Notes under the pieces: model-generated
Seen by the model: only the letters and a program-made list of their open reading frames with translations
What the model was told of the DNA's origin: nothing
Database searches by the model: none
NCBI GenBank assembly: GCA_944372675.1
Contig: CALVZW010000002.1
Location: 1 to 46,140 of the forward strand
From: an uncultured Clostridia bacterium
GTDB taxonomy: Bacteria; Bacillota; Clostridia; Christensenellales; UBA1242
Direction of reading: 5' to 3'
Length of the DNA: 46,140 nt
Position numbers and translations under genes: made by a program
Part shown: positions 22,401 through 29,200 of the stretch, piece by piece
How positions within the stretch are numbered: position 1 is the first letter of the stretch
Layout of the letters: every line of letters starts with the position of its first letter

Positions 22401-24682
22401 AAAATTCCATTTGTACCAACTATTTTGTAACTATCTTGCGAGTTTTGAATATCAAATGCTTCACCGTTAATATACATTCTAATTTGCGATTTAGATATGT
22501 AAGCATCATTCATTAAAACTTGGAAATTTACAGTTGAATATTGTTCTGCGTCATAATAACCTATTGTGTTTAAGTCGTAAATTGTAGCAGTTGACTTACC
22601 AATATCAAACTGTGTAATCGGTTTAAACACAAACAATTCAATTTCTTGTGTTACTTCTTCAGATACAATGTTATTTAAGTCATCATATTTTGCGTATATA
22701 AAAGTAGCAGTTATAGTTGTTGTGCCTTCGCTTAACGCACGAATTGAACCTTGATTTGTAATAGTGGCTACCGCCGTCCTACTTGATTGAAAACTCAAAT
22801 TCCAAATTGTCCCGTTAACATTTGCTTTTGAAACATATAAAGCAATGGAACTATTAACATTTAAGTTTACTTTGGTTAAAAGGTTATTTTCATCCCTTTC
22901 AATCCCAGCAATTTGTTCTTTGTAAGCAGTTCTATTGACATCTATTGAAGCATCGTCCGTTGGAACTACTACTGAAATAGTTGCTGAAGATGTTGTTACA
23001 CCATTTGGTGCTCTTAAATTTATAGTAGTTGTTCCTGTAGCAAGCGGTTTTACATAAAGTTTGCCTTTTTCAATTTTTGCTGATAAAACATTAGATTTTT
23101 GCACAAGAGCTTTTATGTTATCTAATTCAAACCCCGCAAGCAAGGTCGCAATGTTTGAATCAATAACAAGAATGTCATTTACTAAGTAGTTTACTTCTTG
23201 ATAATCGCTATTTTGCAAATCAATATATAACTCATTTTTAGTAAATTTTAAAGTTTGTATGCCTTCTTTAACATTTATTGTTATGTGGTTGTAAACTTTT
23301 GCTTCATCTGAGAAACTAGCATTTCCTACAACTGTCAAAGTGCAAGCAAATTCACTAAAAGTAACATCATCTTTAAGTTTTACATAAATTGCACCACTGT
23401 TTGGCATTTCATATTCAAGTATATTTTCAATCACTTGCCCAGATGCAGTTGAAAACTCCAATTTATTTAAATTTGCCAAACTTGAGTTTTCTGCACTAAA
23501 TGTTATGCTTTTATCTTCAGCACTTGTTGGTGCAACTTCAATTGAAACTCTTGTACCAAATGCAGTTTCTGATGAACTTGTATAATCATATTTATCGTAT
23601 ACTGTTATACTTGAACTACCACTTGCCCCATTAACATATATAGTGTCAATTAAATCAAGTATTTTTACATCTATTGTTTTTTCAATAAATTCTTGTTGAG
23701 TTATGCCCTTAATTCCAACTTTGAAAGTTATTTTAGCAGAACTTTGTTCAATACCTGTTACTTTAAATGCTAAATCTTTGTTTTGGTCGCGTGATACCGA
23801 TAAAATACTATTATCAGTAACTTCAGCATAAGCAAAGTATTCTTCAGTTGGATTATCGATAATCACTTCAACAGGAATGTTATTATAGTTTGTATTTTTA
23901 CCAATATTTAAAACGCCATTTAATTCAACATTATTAGCATAAATATGTATGTCATCTGCCGACAACTCTTCATAAATATAAACTTGAGTAGTTGTTACAA
24001 GTTCTGGATTATAAGCACTTGTTGCCACTACAGTTACATATTTTTCAGTTACATCATTTGAAACAGTTAAAAGTCCATCTTGAGTAATTGAAACGCCATT
24101 AACATTCGTTTCAAGCGAATAAAGTACTTCCTTTTGATTTGTATTTGATGGTTCATAATTAAAATCTAAAGTACTAAATGAATACGACTTACCTTTAGCA
24201 ACTGCCAATGAAAAATCGCGTTCAAATGCTAAGCCAGTAATTGGTTCTACAATACTAAGTGGTATTTGCTTAACCTTATTGCCCTCTTGCGACATAACTG
24301 TAATTACAGTTTGACCTGGTGCTAAAGCAACAATAGTTGCAGTGTAAATTCCATCTTTTTCAGTAACTTCAATTGTGGCTAACGATTTATCCATAATATC
24401 AAAAAGCACAACTTTTGATTGTTTTTTATTTTTATTTTCAATGTGTGCTTCAAGATATGCAGTGTTAGGTGGTAGTTGTTCTTCTTCGCTTTCCTGCTCT
24501 TCATCACCCATATCTTCGCCAGTATCTTCGTCTGCATTATCTAAATCGTGTTGCAACACAATTTCAATACTTTCCTGCTCAACTATTAATTTCATATCCT
24601 TGTAAACATCTTTATTACAAGCAGAAAATAAAAATCCTGTTGCAGTAATCATTAATAAACAAAACCATAATAACTTATTCAT
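10409..24682 (-). CDS. Giant surface lipoprotein, 4757 aa: Ig-like (Big_2-type) domains followed by six modules of GLUG-motif beta-helix repeats. Putative adhesin.
   Basis: One uninterrupted 14,274-nt ORF. The N-terminus MNKLLWFCLLMITATGFLFSAC has a signal peptide and a lipobox Cys, followed by an acidic linker (DEDTGEDMGDEEQESEEEQ). Ig-like strands of the type GTTTITATF and GSAKVVIVP are present. From about aa 957 (nt about 21812) there are dozens of repeats of the type (N/Y)(V/I)GG(L/I/V)(V/I)G...N(S/C)Y. A GGAG RBS sits 7 nt upstream of the ATG. Confidence 0.9.
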   Translation of the reverse strand: MNKLLWFCLLMITATGFLFSACNKDVYKDMKLIVEQESIEIVLQHDLDNADEDTGEDMGDEEQESEEEQLPPNTAYLEAHIENKNKKQSKVVLFDIMDKSLATIEVTEKDGIYTATIVALAPGQTVITVMSQEGNKVKQIPLSIVEPITGLAFERDFSLAVAKGKSYSFSTLDFNYEPSNTNQKEVLYSLETNVNGVSITQDGLLTVSNDVTEKYVTVVATSAYNPELVTTTQVYIYEELSADDIHIYANNVELNGVLNIGKNTNYNNIPVEVIIDNPTEEYFAYAEVTDNSILSVSRDQNKDLAFKVTGIEQSSAKITFKVGIKGITQQEFIEKTIDVKILDLIDTIYVNGASGSSSITVYDKYDYTSSSETAFGTRVSIEVAPTSAEDKSITFSAENSSLANLNKLEFSTASGQVIENILEYEMPNSGAIYVKLKDDVTFSEFACTLTVVGNASFSDEAKVYNHITINVKEGIQTLKFTKNELYIDLQNSDYQEVNYLVNDILVIDSNIATLLAGFELDNIKALVQKSNVLSAKIEKGKLYVKPLATGTTTINLRAPNGVTTSSATISVVVPTDDASIDVNRTAYKEQIAGIERDENNLLTKVNLNVNSSIALYVSKANVNGTIWNLSFQSSRTAVATITNQGSIRALSEGTTTITATFIYAKYDDLNNIVSEEVTQEIELFVFKPITQFDIGKSTATIYDLNTIGYYDAEQYSTVNFQVLMNDAYISKSQIRMYINGEAFDIQNSQDSYKIVGTNGILFYYGQGQGKFVGKIGNNLSTATVGIVAEIKEFDREYRSICNVTINKATMVNEIVVYNTNSQVVDGKTYYNMYFKTGLGTGEDTTNTQQIKISTLPATAVNGGVYYFAYDYLENNTISTSTPTSEIIKVSQDGVVTPLKAGSAKVVIVPRDQLSYYDNDNDGTLSMNELLMNLQRLQAEGSQLRYKEIVIDVADGTLENPYQISSAVDYLNISTGLNAHYVIVQSIDLSNVKLSALGSEETPFTGSINGRYYVVKPTEDNPEGVYVDSKIIGVKLNQTFENVSGEINYAMFGVVKGSINTDVSPIDSIPSFSNLVIEFSEYNINIVGDYNTNTTFNLGFLTAKLQGTIENVQIVMRNSAYINNNSQAKINFGGFASVVSTNTYEFVNQNGQTEQTAISSVIDSSKMIGGGVININNISSESYIGGFVGILNENNTIIGNYAFANDIVGEDNEFVFSFNGQDNDLLFNINVGVAQNINNMAVGGIVGINYGQVQKVSAYATVSSTNESDVKSQNVGGVVGNNLAEVSDVFSRSAVTGGDNVGGVVGTNSGQVSVAIFESYQDGSSFVNGSSNVGGLIGLMQGGKLNYGSSTSFITSENLYAVVGSSNVGGLIGYATSGAIVARSQASTKIGVSSALNDDSKYAGGLIGKAESVNIQNSYSITDLYLLDDSNTTVLGGFIGYLGNGCTITNTYSVSNLDSFVGQSQSATLATSSYYLSETSSVNVAVGKTSAELQNEITFVGWDFLATFRMSSNVNQGYPYLIYGDSEFITVAPTSLKVIVNESVDNSHIKINDNRAVLFSQKSKADNASDYSISLNDLISLEVSPLTNRIVRVKATIESGLDVVKIDGGNLIVIGEGYCKIKISSQLNEDVYDYLELYVTNGLNSFSDNTDGTMEMLLNTSKEIRYTFENGQNIVGEKFGIAYKELYTYASFDYSENEQIENVDYSFVDYNFAKNITANQVIENAVIYEIAYINANFDGEIVKVLLPWTEKSFNLTIFNGATNLELDKNQSNITPSQKAQVTTIITTDLNTEIISNVEIKSDETVIDSFSISILEGFEPNLDNIVVERTSNSNNAMFNLDLIEFVFNEQSNELLMTFEFEPTTMLQNIKEEKIFDVEFNLSDKFTKNFELIVIPQTVERISVLHFADGDLREDEVATDKISSGIEGLLKINVYPSFSQIDYLHLTCAPVNGENISFLQKVYNNGQLERIYPDAEIIENGIKLSLASYKDYEGYKFDGNLYVSTLIKSNMPENLPFVLNIVAYKDGQEVFRQTKTLYTQFSPSVTINYNENYNGQVARGTTLNFPINVNTMAGNLTLSVDGEIDPTYVVFNANQTQFANKYSGSITAQLTTNINLIAGTQFKIRVQLDTIVDNVRIVVTDEITLTVVDYIITGVAIDGYRTQNNTNILDIDLNYATTLRAKIIAVYSQSSEEIKNKIEEFELLISRQHDVSAGDVPVWYTGTQSFDSLSGSTNYYSYNYSLKGGYYSVYGIRVSTADVITLNVSYYYDFVDGLYQPILINKATDPTTNKVIIDKTMTCYVNVNNTTTEEVPLPIYSQAEFEAMEAGAHYILMRDITLDNYTPMDANFASLDGNGFVINLNNLILDTQQSTLNVGLFATVSSSTLIKNVVLNVNGFLNNTLNLKNISQVNFGFFAGTNAGTITNCDVVNIVEMGTTSGNETTITGNPNNSTMIIETSLIINSTYTNNYIGLFVGQNSGYITHSRVGRNTDSIGSRPTGIMGSGLGNYWVGGNIDLTANGIVAGFVAMNTNSISSSYVKNVTINNNAVIASVSSTSGFVALNGGSISGSYAEGRAIEGDDYANLKSQGSVAGFVLNNDGTINNSYASFVIRSPSNSAGFVNSNGDGAIIEYCYTNCIVLLADGVTDDNASFRPFTGVNDFNEIQNEGQINYSYYIKENSTVVFADEPAIAINKENQSQISEYVGFAFVNNTKLKDYGIWTLDGYTLPYLNSANQIAVSQRELSNFLDATSQEETMNEPKVYAYMIGYELGSEINPYIINTAVKFNNLMTENGRLLERFGTNIVNLDDTVEGESLTTKYVRIVNDLNFAQTSETVTGLNSSKVIFSAVLEGNNMLLNNITVTGERSADANQIEFGLFERLEGAVIKNLRLQFNSVSATEIPIVGALAGTAIDSVLLGITVESEGSFVQGKNIAGGLVGVVVGGSEIQSVSSNIGVRATFRKGENASSYTDLNYIVGSTDTAGTGEVMLKTSQTTIKLMFGNTSYAGGIIGAVISNEGDNQTIRTLKVHGKVSIGAERTGGVVGVNYGDLYDLNFVVSINASQTKGQELSGDDAVGGIVGVNYSSIEKARISYEGDDLNAVDALTQGIAGGKTDLFIGPSNYIGGLVGSNIDGNIEDSYSRINVVNASAKYAGGVIGYSKGGSYNSIYTTGNVQSSVAFGGMIGYMDKYTVVDENGEITYKTISEFTNIVLANNFTIATAQLINNKSVTAGALAGFVNATKISQIFEYVGSNNTNYAIYKLPLNTAGTTTLNLEYFGSSEYDKMTTEESEYLIQFANLNLFKLVEDDVETTYGWFSTKNDETFGSASYNTLYQNRSTIFSNYSSEDWTIETSVFPLLNITTQASEIIITEENRNNLLELLAEAPNATYIIRCDINLYSQTVNYGDLYGHLKGNWESLGSQAIPFSGKFLGEDIVDGNTTRQPIINIANPFINFGRNATISNLTFNVINTFDGGDIVNNNDDIYLKDNYYYGVVANRIEGSYLTKINVTNKALDVTSTQGINITYNRSLTIEGGDNIPSNYIGGVVGYASGGNFSSITCSIPMNVSLQNYANSLSAVTSYVGGVIGYMDGTGIADVNYNISYISYKNENAYQQFKVTTSNGVVGLISGYANASRIQNVGTSEVKVLSSTEESAPYGSALKPVSIVYTNYTNDFTEIKFGGIVGYANSLTIISVATNNVSNAELQMNSTYKKQFTVGGIVGLGASATMTSLLNNCILNVVSANQTSDASANSIYLGGLVGEIQGNSQVTGTNNAQINVDVQTTKNTTAYIGGVVGYAELGTIQASIAESRNTANINTNGVYALNIGGVLGRASLNSANNTANISVSSSYSDGNITVVGVTNTDINGQKYTSSNIEYIGGLVGYASRISISDCYSVGELVSKTKLINPPTNSKIGLSVGGLIGRLEMVNIEPSINYSYTACVVRVYGDTISNLTNSHSFIGSTPLSNKVFNNCYYVLGFAQTNAPYIDTQVPVMHDATAKAISYYELISQNLFNGRSTWANETNTLPLLDWARKSGMGIKTNDGTVYKPNLITNEEDLLEFCQSPSNGLNEYYVLTKNIRVTNSQTRENFAGVFDGSGFIIENLSKPLFNNLTETAIVNNINLQLSQNENQQNVAITLSQSGNFGVVANTNYGTISYVSTNGLISFNSSTVAGSTANMTNIGGIAGANFGYIGFSSSNVSIEQSDTAVAQLINVGGIAGHSNSVDDKIFAQITNSFASGTLTLCQVTGSNASLVGGLVGYLQSGNLRESYVYGRINYLNSANVTAYGAVYGGDVMNDILDDVSIEFVYNDYFGTLVYSNKNTENQTINNITLSDILNNGGLGYFDSNVWGSFASDYANKENSSRVELINYGYPYLKYANNTVPQIDNKGNGTSSLPYQITNQSGFELINYLYDVSSDKTFVYSLINDIYCFTNTVSTNIANNFINVLNGTLHGANMTIYNMNTVITDSNYGFINTISSNGSLQNIKFSNPIIEFDSNFTGGTSGGAGVGAVVGTNNGKISSVSVINATVIYEECTVSSGAVQSPLSIGGLVGINSGTITSTNIQGIDFRLGNTTSASQYINLGGYVGNMKAGSIKGASESNKDCYVENLTIRANASGASIYSSVYRNVGGFVGYRTAGGKGTISNCAVKDSNFASSGTVNVINIYNNDTVNETYVGGFLGYGEMDLAYYFDSCDVYTSINVSADNGSRTIHAGCIVGYSQTYIRNFTVYKNINKQGYTSAIDDTSNYGLGFTGGRDGIFNGYNIIS

Positions 24683-24774
24683 AAGTACTCCATATTTTTC
24701 TTTTGTAGTTTATGCATTTTTGCATTTTTTACAAAAAAATATATATATTTTTTTTAAATTTTATTTTACAACAA

Positions 24775-24804
24775 ATTGTATCAAAAATAGACACATAAAG
24801 TCAA
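24775..24804 (-). promoter_or_regulatory. Candidate promoter of the giant lipoprotein gene.
   Basis: On the minus strand: TTGACT (24804-24799), an 18-nt spacer ending in TGA, then TACAAT (24780-24775). The leader would be about 85 nt. Confidence 0.5.
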
Positions 24805-24979
24805 ATACTTTAGTTAACAAAAGACAATTTTTAAGTATTTTTTGCAAAAGAAAATATACAAAATTAAATATCCTTTGTTTGTGAATAATTAGTATGTAAA
24901 TAATTTACTTTTTATACTTTAAAAAAAATTAAAATAATAAATTAAATTAATAAATACTATAAATTTATAATTGTTAAAT

Positions 24980-25021
24980 AAAAAAACAAAGTAAAATTAA
25001 ATTGTTTAACCTTACTTTGTT
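24980..25021 (-). terminator. Intrinsic terminator downstream of the spoIIID-like gene.
   Basis: A 10-bp stem, AACAAAGTAA (24985-24994) with TTACTTTGTT (25012-25021). On the minus strand a U-run follows (complement of the A-run at 24980-24986). Confidence 0.6.
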
Positions 25022-25027
25022 TTAATT

Positions 25028-25303
25028 TTAACTATTTACACACTTTTTACAACTTTTTTTAATTTCAAATTTATGTTTGGTGGCTTGCCCACCTTTAATG
25101 TGTTTTTCTTCAAAATGTTCTTGTAATATGCTTTGTACTTTTAAGTGCAAATTTTTATCTATTTTAGGGAGTCTAAATTTTAAATCATTATGAACAGTAC
25201 TTTTTGATATTTTAAATTTTTTTGCAGTTTGCCTTATAGTATGCTTTGTCAAAATAATATATTCTGCTTCTTTTATTGTTCTTAATTCGATACTCGACAT
25301 CAC
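25028..25303 (-). CDS. spoIIID: SpoIIID-type helix-turn-helix transcriptional regulator (stage III sporulation protein D family).
   Basis: The 91-aa protein matches my recollection of B. subtilis SpoIIID along its whole length: ..ERTIK...YI...K.T.R..AK.F..SKSTVH.DL..RLP.I...L...V..IL..H......RGG.ATK.K. A strong RBS (GGGAGGGTG) is present. Confidence 0.85.
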   Translation of the reverse strand: MMSSIELRTIKEAEYIILTKHTIRQTAKKFKISKSTVHNDLKFRLPKIDKNLHLKVQSILQEHFEEKHIKGGQATKHKFEIKKSCKKCVNS

Positions 25304-25523
25304 ACCCTCCCTTGTTATAATATGTCGTACAATGTCGAATTAGAAGTGTTTAAAATATTTTTTTGTCAATGCTAAACTTATTTTGTCAATGTTGTTACTT
25401 TTAATTAAATAAAAATGATATTTTGTTTTAAATTCATTTAATAACTATAAAAAAAAATCATTAATAAAAAATTATAAATTTTTACAAACTTCTTTTTGTC
25501 TTTATCAAAAATTGTTATAAATA

Positions 25524-25550
25524 AAAAAAAAGTATGCTAAGCATACTTAA
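25524..25550 (-). terminator. Intrinsic terminator of acpP.
   Basis: Perfect palindromic stem AAGTATGC-TAA-GCATACTT (about 25530-25548). On the minus strand a long U-run follows (complement of the A-run at about 25522-25530). Confidence 0.7.
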
Positions 25551-25553
25551 AAA

Positions 25554-25781
25554 TTAATTTTTATGTGATTCTATATATTTACATACATCATCTATTGTTT
25601 TAAGATTTTTTGCATCTTCATCACTTATTGTAATACCAAATTCATCTTCAAGTGTCATAAGTAATTCAACAAAATCAAGTGAATCAGCATTTAAATCTTC
25701 CAAAAGACGACTTTCTGGTGTAATCTTATCTTTGCTAATATTTAATTGCTTAGCAAGTATGTCTTGCAATTGTGCGAACAT
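25554..25781 (-). CDS. acpP: Acyl carrier protein.
   Basis: 75 aa with the LNADSLDFVELLMTLEDEFGI motif (phosphopantetheine Ser in DSL). A GGAGG RBS is present. Confidence 0.93.
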   Translation of the reverse strand: MFAQLQDILAKQLNISKDKITPESRLLEDLNADSLDFVELLMTLEDEFGITISDEDAKNLKTIDDVCKYIESHKN

Positions 25782-25814
25782 TTGTATTCCTCCTTACAAA
25801 ATTTATTAAGAAAA

Positions 25815-25842
25815 AGTATATCATACTCTTTTAAAATTGCAA
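25815..25842 (-). promoter_or_regulatory. Candidate promoter of acpP.
   Basis: On the minus strand: TTGCAA (25842-25837), a 16-nt spacer ending in TGA (extended -10), then TATACT (25820-25815). Confidence 0.5.
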
Positions 25843-25975
25843 ACTATTTTTAAATAAATTGTATAATTTTCGTCAAAATGTACAATTTTTGACACTATAT
25901 TACATACATTTTTATTTTGCTAGTTTATTTAAATTTAACATTGCAAAAATTTATATTATTTGTGGTTATTTTAAT

Positions 25976-26200
25976 TTATGCTAGTTGTTTTAATTTAGTT
26001 AAAATATCATTTAACCTTTTTAAAGCATCTTCCGCTTTCTTTTCAATTTCCGCTTTTAAAGGGTCATCGGCAGTAAAATAGTCTTCCTTTAATTCCGCAA
26101 TAAAGTCATTTAACTTTCGTCTTTCGGCTTGCAAATGCTCAAGTGCTTTTGTTTGAGCAATCAACAACTGTAATTTACTATCATCATTGCTTTTTGTCAT
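25976..26200 (-). CDS. Small hypothetical protein predicted to form a coiled coil, 74 aa.
   Basis: Heptad-like charged sequence (LQLLIAQTKALEHLQAERRKLNDFIAELKED...KRLNDILTKLKQLA). Its ATG overlaps the TGA stop of the upstream LRR gene (ATGA at 26197-26200), which suggests translational coupling. Confidence 0.55.
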   Translation of the reverse strand: MTKSNDDSKLQLLIAQTKALEHLQAERRKLNDFIAELKEDYFTADDPLKAEIEKKAEDALKRLNDILTKLKQLA

Positions 26201-29200
26201 AACTTCTCCGAATTATTAGTTTTTTGAGACCTACTGTAAAGCACATATTGCTCTTGTATGCTGTCCCCTGCATATCCTTGAAATTTTGCCCCCTGATATA
26301 ATATAGAACTTTTTTTCAAATTTTGTTTGACTATTGTTTCAAGTTTATTAGCATTCATACCAACTGTAACATCTAATAATGGTAAATCAGGATTATTTTT
26401 ATCATATTCTTCAATAAACGCATTTATACCACGCATAAATGCTTCATAAACTTGTTGCCCTTTTTCACCCTCTTTATACTTATCTTTAACAATAAAATTA
26501 TTAAACACCGCATATTGTCTTCGTTTATTTACATAAACTGTTGATTTACCTACAAAATCACCACTTTTATTTTTTATTACTAAATTTTGTACTCTTGGGT
26601 CTAATGAACTTGCTTCCATAATTCCAAAGCCTAGTCCACCCATTTTTGCACAACATTTACAAATATTACCTAAAACCATATTGTATTCGCTGTGTTTACT
26701 CAACCATTCAAATTGAAAATCTTTATCAACTACATCAATTAACTTTGAAACAATTTCCTTTTCTTTTGCATCAATTTCTCTATTTACTATTTCAATTCTA
26801 TCAAACACATTGTGTGGTTGTAATTGTGCTTTGTCATATAATTTTTGAAATTCTTCAAAATCTTCTTGTCCATATCCAGCCATTTGAACTAGCATAGCAA
26901 GTTTTTCATTTCCTTGTTTAACATTTTTGTAAGCATTAGTATTGACATATTGCAATAAAGTTTGTGCATTTAATTTTGGAATCATTTTCGATAATTCTTC
27001 AAAGTTATTGATAGCATAAGTAAGTATAGCACATTCATTATTTCTTTCAAACTGTTTATAATTATTTTTAAAGAAATTAAGTAAATTGTAATTAATTTTT
27101 TCGTTTAACTCAATGCCTTCAAATTTTTCAGCGATATTTTCGTTTGTAATAATTTCATCATTCATAAAAACTTTGTTAATAAAATTTAAAACATTTATTA
27201 TGTGTCTTTCGTCATTACTCATTAGCCCTAAATTATAACACAACTTAAAAAATGCCATTTCATTATCAAAATTTGTTGCTCCAAATTTTTTACTTACTTT
27301 GTTGTAAGTTTCTTTGTGCTTTTGAAAGTTTTCATATTGAAAGCTATTTAAATTTAAAGCAAAAATTAAATCGTTATTACCAATTTTACAATTATTTGTT
27401 AATAAATATATGTAATACTTTATAAAATTTGCCATTTTTTCATCATATTCAAACAATGTATAATTAAATTTTTCTTTACTAAAAACTTCATTAAAATATT
27501 TAACTGATTGTAAATCTTTAAAAGAAATTTCATTTTCAAAATTGTCAGATTTAATATATAAATTTTGATTTGTTAAAAAGCAAATAAAGTTCTTCCCATT
27601 CAATTCCGTTTCAAAGACTTCTTTTATTTTTTCATTATCATTAAGACAAATTTCAAAACTTTTTTCACCATAATTAATTTTAAACACTTTTAAATTACAA
27701 CTTTCATAAAATTTTGAACCCAATACAAACTGCTTAGTAATATCTTTTTTGTCGTTGTTAATTAAGGAATTTGGTACAGTCATTTGTTTAAGATTGATGC
27801 AATCTTCAAAAGCAGAATTTGACATTTTTTTTACATTAGGTATTTCAATACTTTCAAGATTTTTACACCCATAAAATGCCATATAAGAAATATTTTCTAA
27901 TTTTTCAGGCAATTTTATTTCTTTAATCCCTGATTCATAAAATGCCCCATTCTCAATTATTTTTAAATTATTTGGCAATTCAATATTTTTTAAATTTGCA
28001 CAATGGTTAAATATATTGCAAGGTAAAATTTCTAATTCATTAGGAATGTTAATATCACTTAAATTTACACACCCCATAAATATTGATTCATTTAAAATTT
28101 TAATATTTTTAGGTAAGCTAACTTTCTTTAAATTAATACAATCTTTAAAAGCATTGCTTTCAATACAATTTACTGTTTCAGGAATGTCAACTTGCTCTAA
28201 TGCTTTACATCCATAAAACAATGAATTACTTATTGTCGAAATTTTTGGTAACTTTACTTTAGTTATTTTAGAACAAAAACAAAATGCTTCATTTTCTAAA
28301 GTTTTAACATTTGATAAATCTAATTCTTTGTTGTTTGCACATAAATTTTGACAATCACTAAAAGCCCCTTGCTTTATTGTTTCAATTTTATCAAAATTAA
28401 AATCAATTAAATTTCTACACCCAACAAATGCCTTTACACCGATAAAATTTAAATCTTCAAAATCAACAAGATTTAATGAAGAGCAATTTGCAAATGTTTT
28501 ATCTTCAATTTTTCGTACATAACCTTTCACTTGTTTTAACGAATTACAATTCGCAAATATACCCAAGCCTAGTTCTTTAATAGGCAAATATGCTGTTTGT
28601 AAATGTTTACAATCGGCAAAAGCATTTAAACCCAAACTTTCTACTGAATTTGGTAAATTTAAATTAGTAATACCGGTATTTTTAAAAGCCATTGATTGAA
28701 TTGTTTTTGTATTAATTAAAACAATGTTTTTTAAATTGACACAATTTTCAAAACAGCCTATAGGAACATCGTTAATGTTTAACACTAAATTATCTATTTT
28801 GCTTGAACTAAAAGCATAATCTGATAACTTTTTCACATTTTTTAAATTTACTTTTTGTAAGTTTTTACAACCATAAAAACAGTTTACTCCTATTATTTCA
28901 ATGTTATCTAAATTAATATCTTCAATGCCAGAATTTTTAAATGCGCTTTCTTGCAACTTAGTTACTAAAGGTGGCAACACAAGTTGTTTTAAATTTTGCG
29001 TACCTGTAAAGCACCCTTTAGGTATTGCTTTTAAGTCTTTTGATAATTCCACTTTTTTTAAACTACTGCAAAAAGCAAAATTCTCGTTAGATAAAAGACT
29101 TACATTAGTTAAATTGACACTTTCTAATGCACTATCCCCCTTAAATGCTTGTGATTGAATTTCTTCAACATTTTCTAAATTAATTTCCTTTAATGAATCG

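Noticed and set aside
10905-24605. Plus-strand ORFs of 61-91 aa inside the giant gene (10905-11120, 13494-13700, 15903-16088, 19083-19358, 24375-24605 and others).
   Set aside because: They are antisense shadows of a long repetitive ORF. They have no start context and no recognisable motifs.
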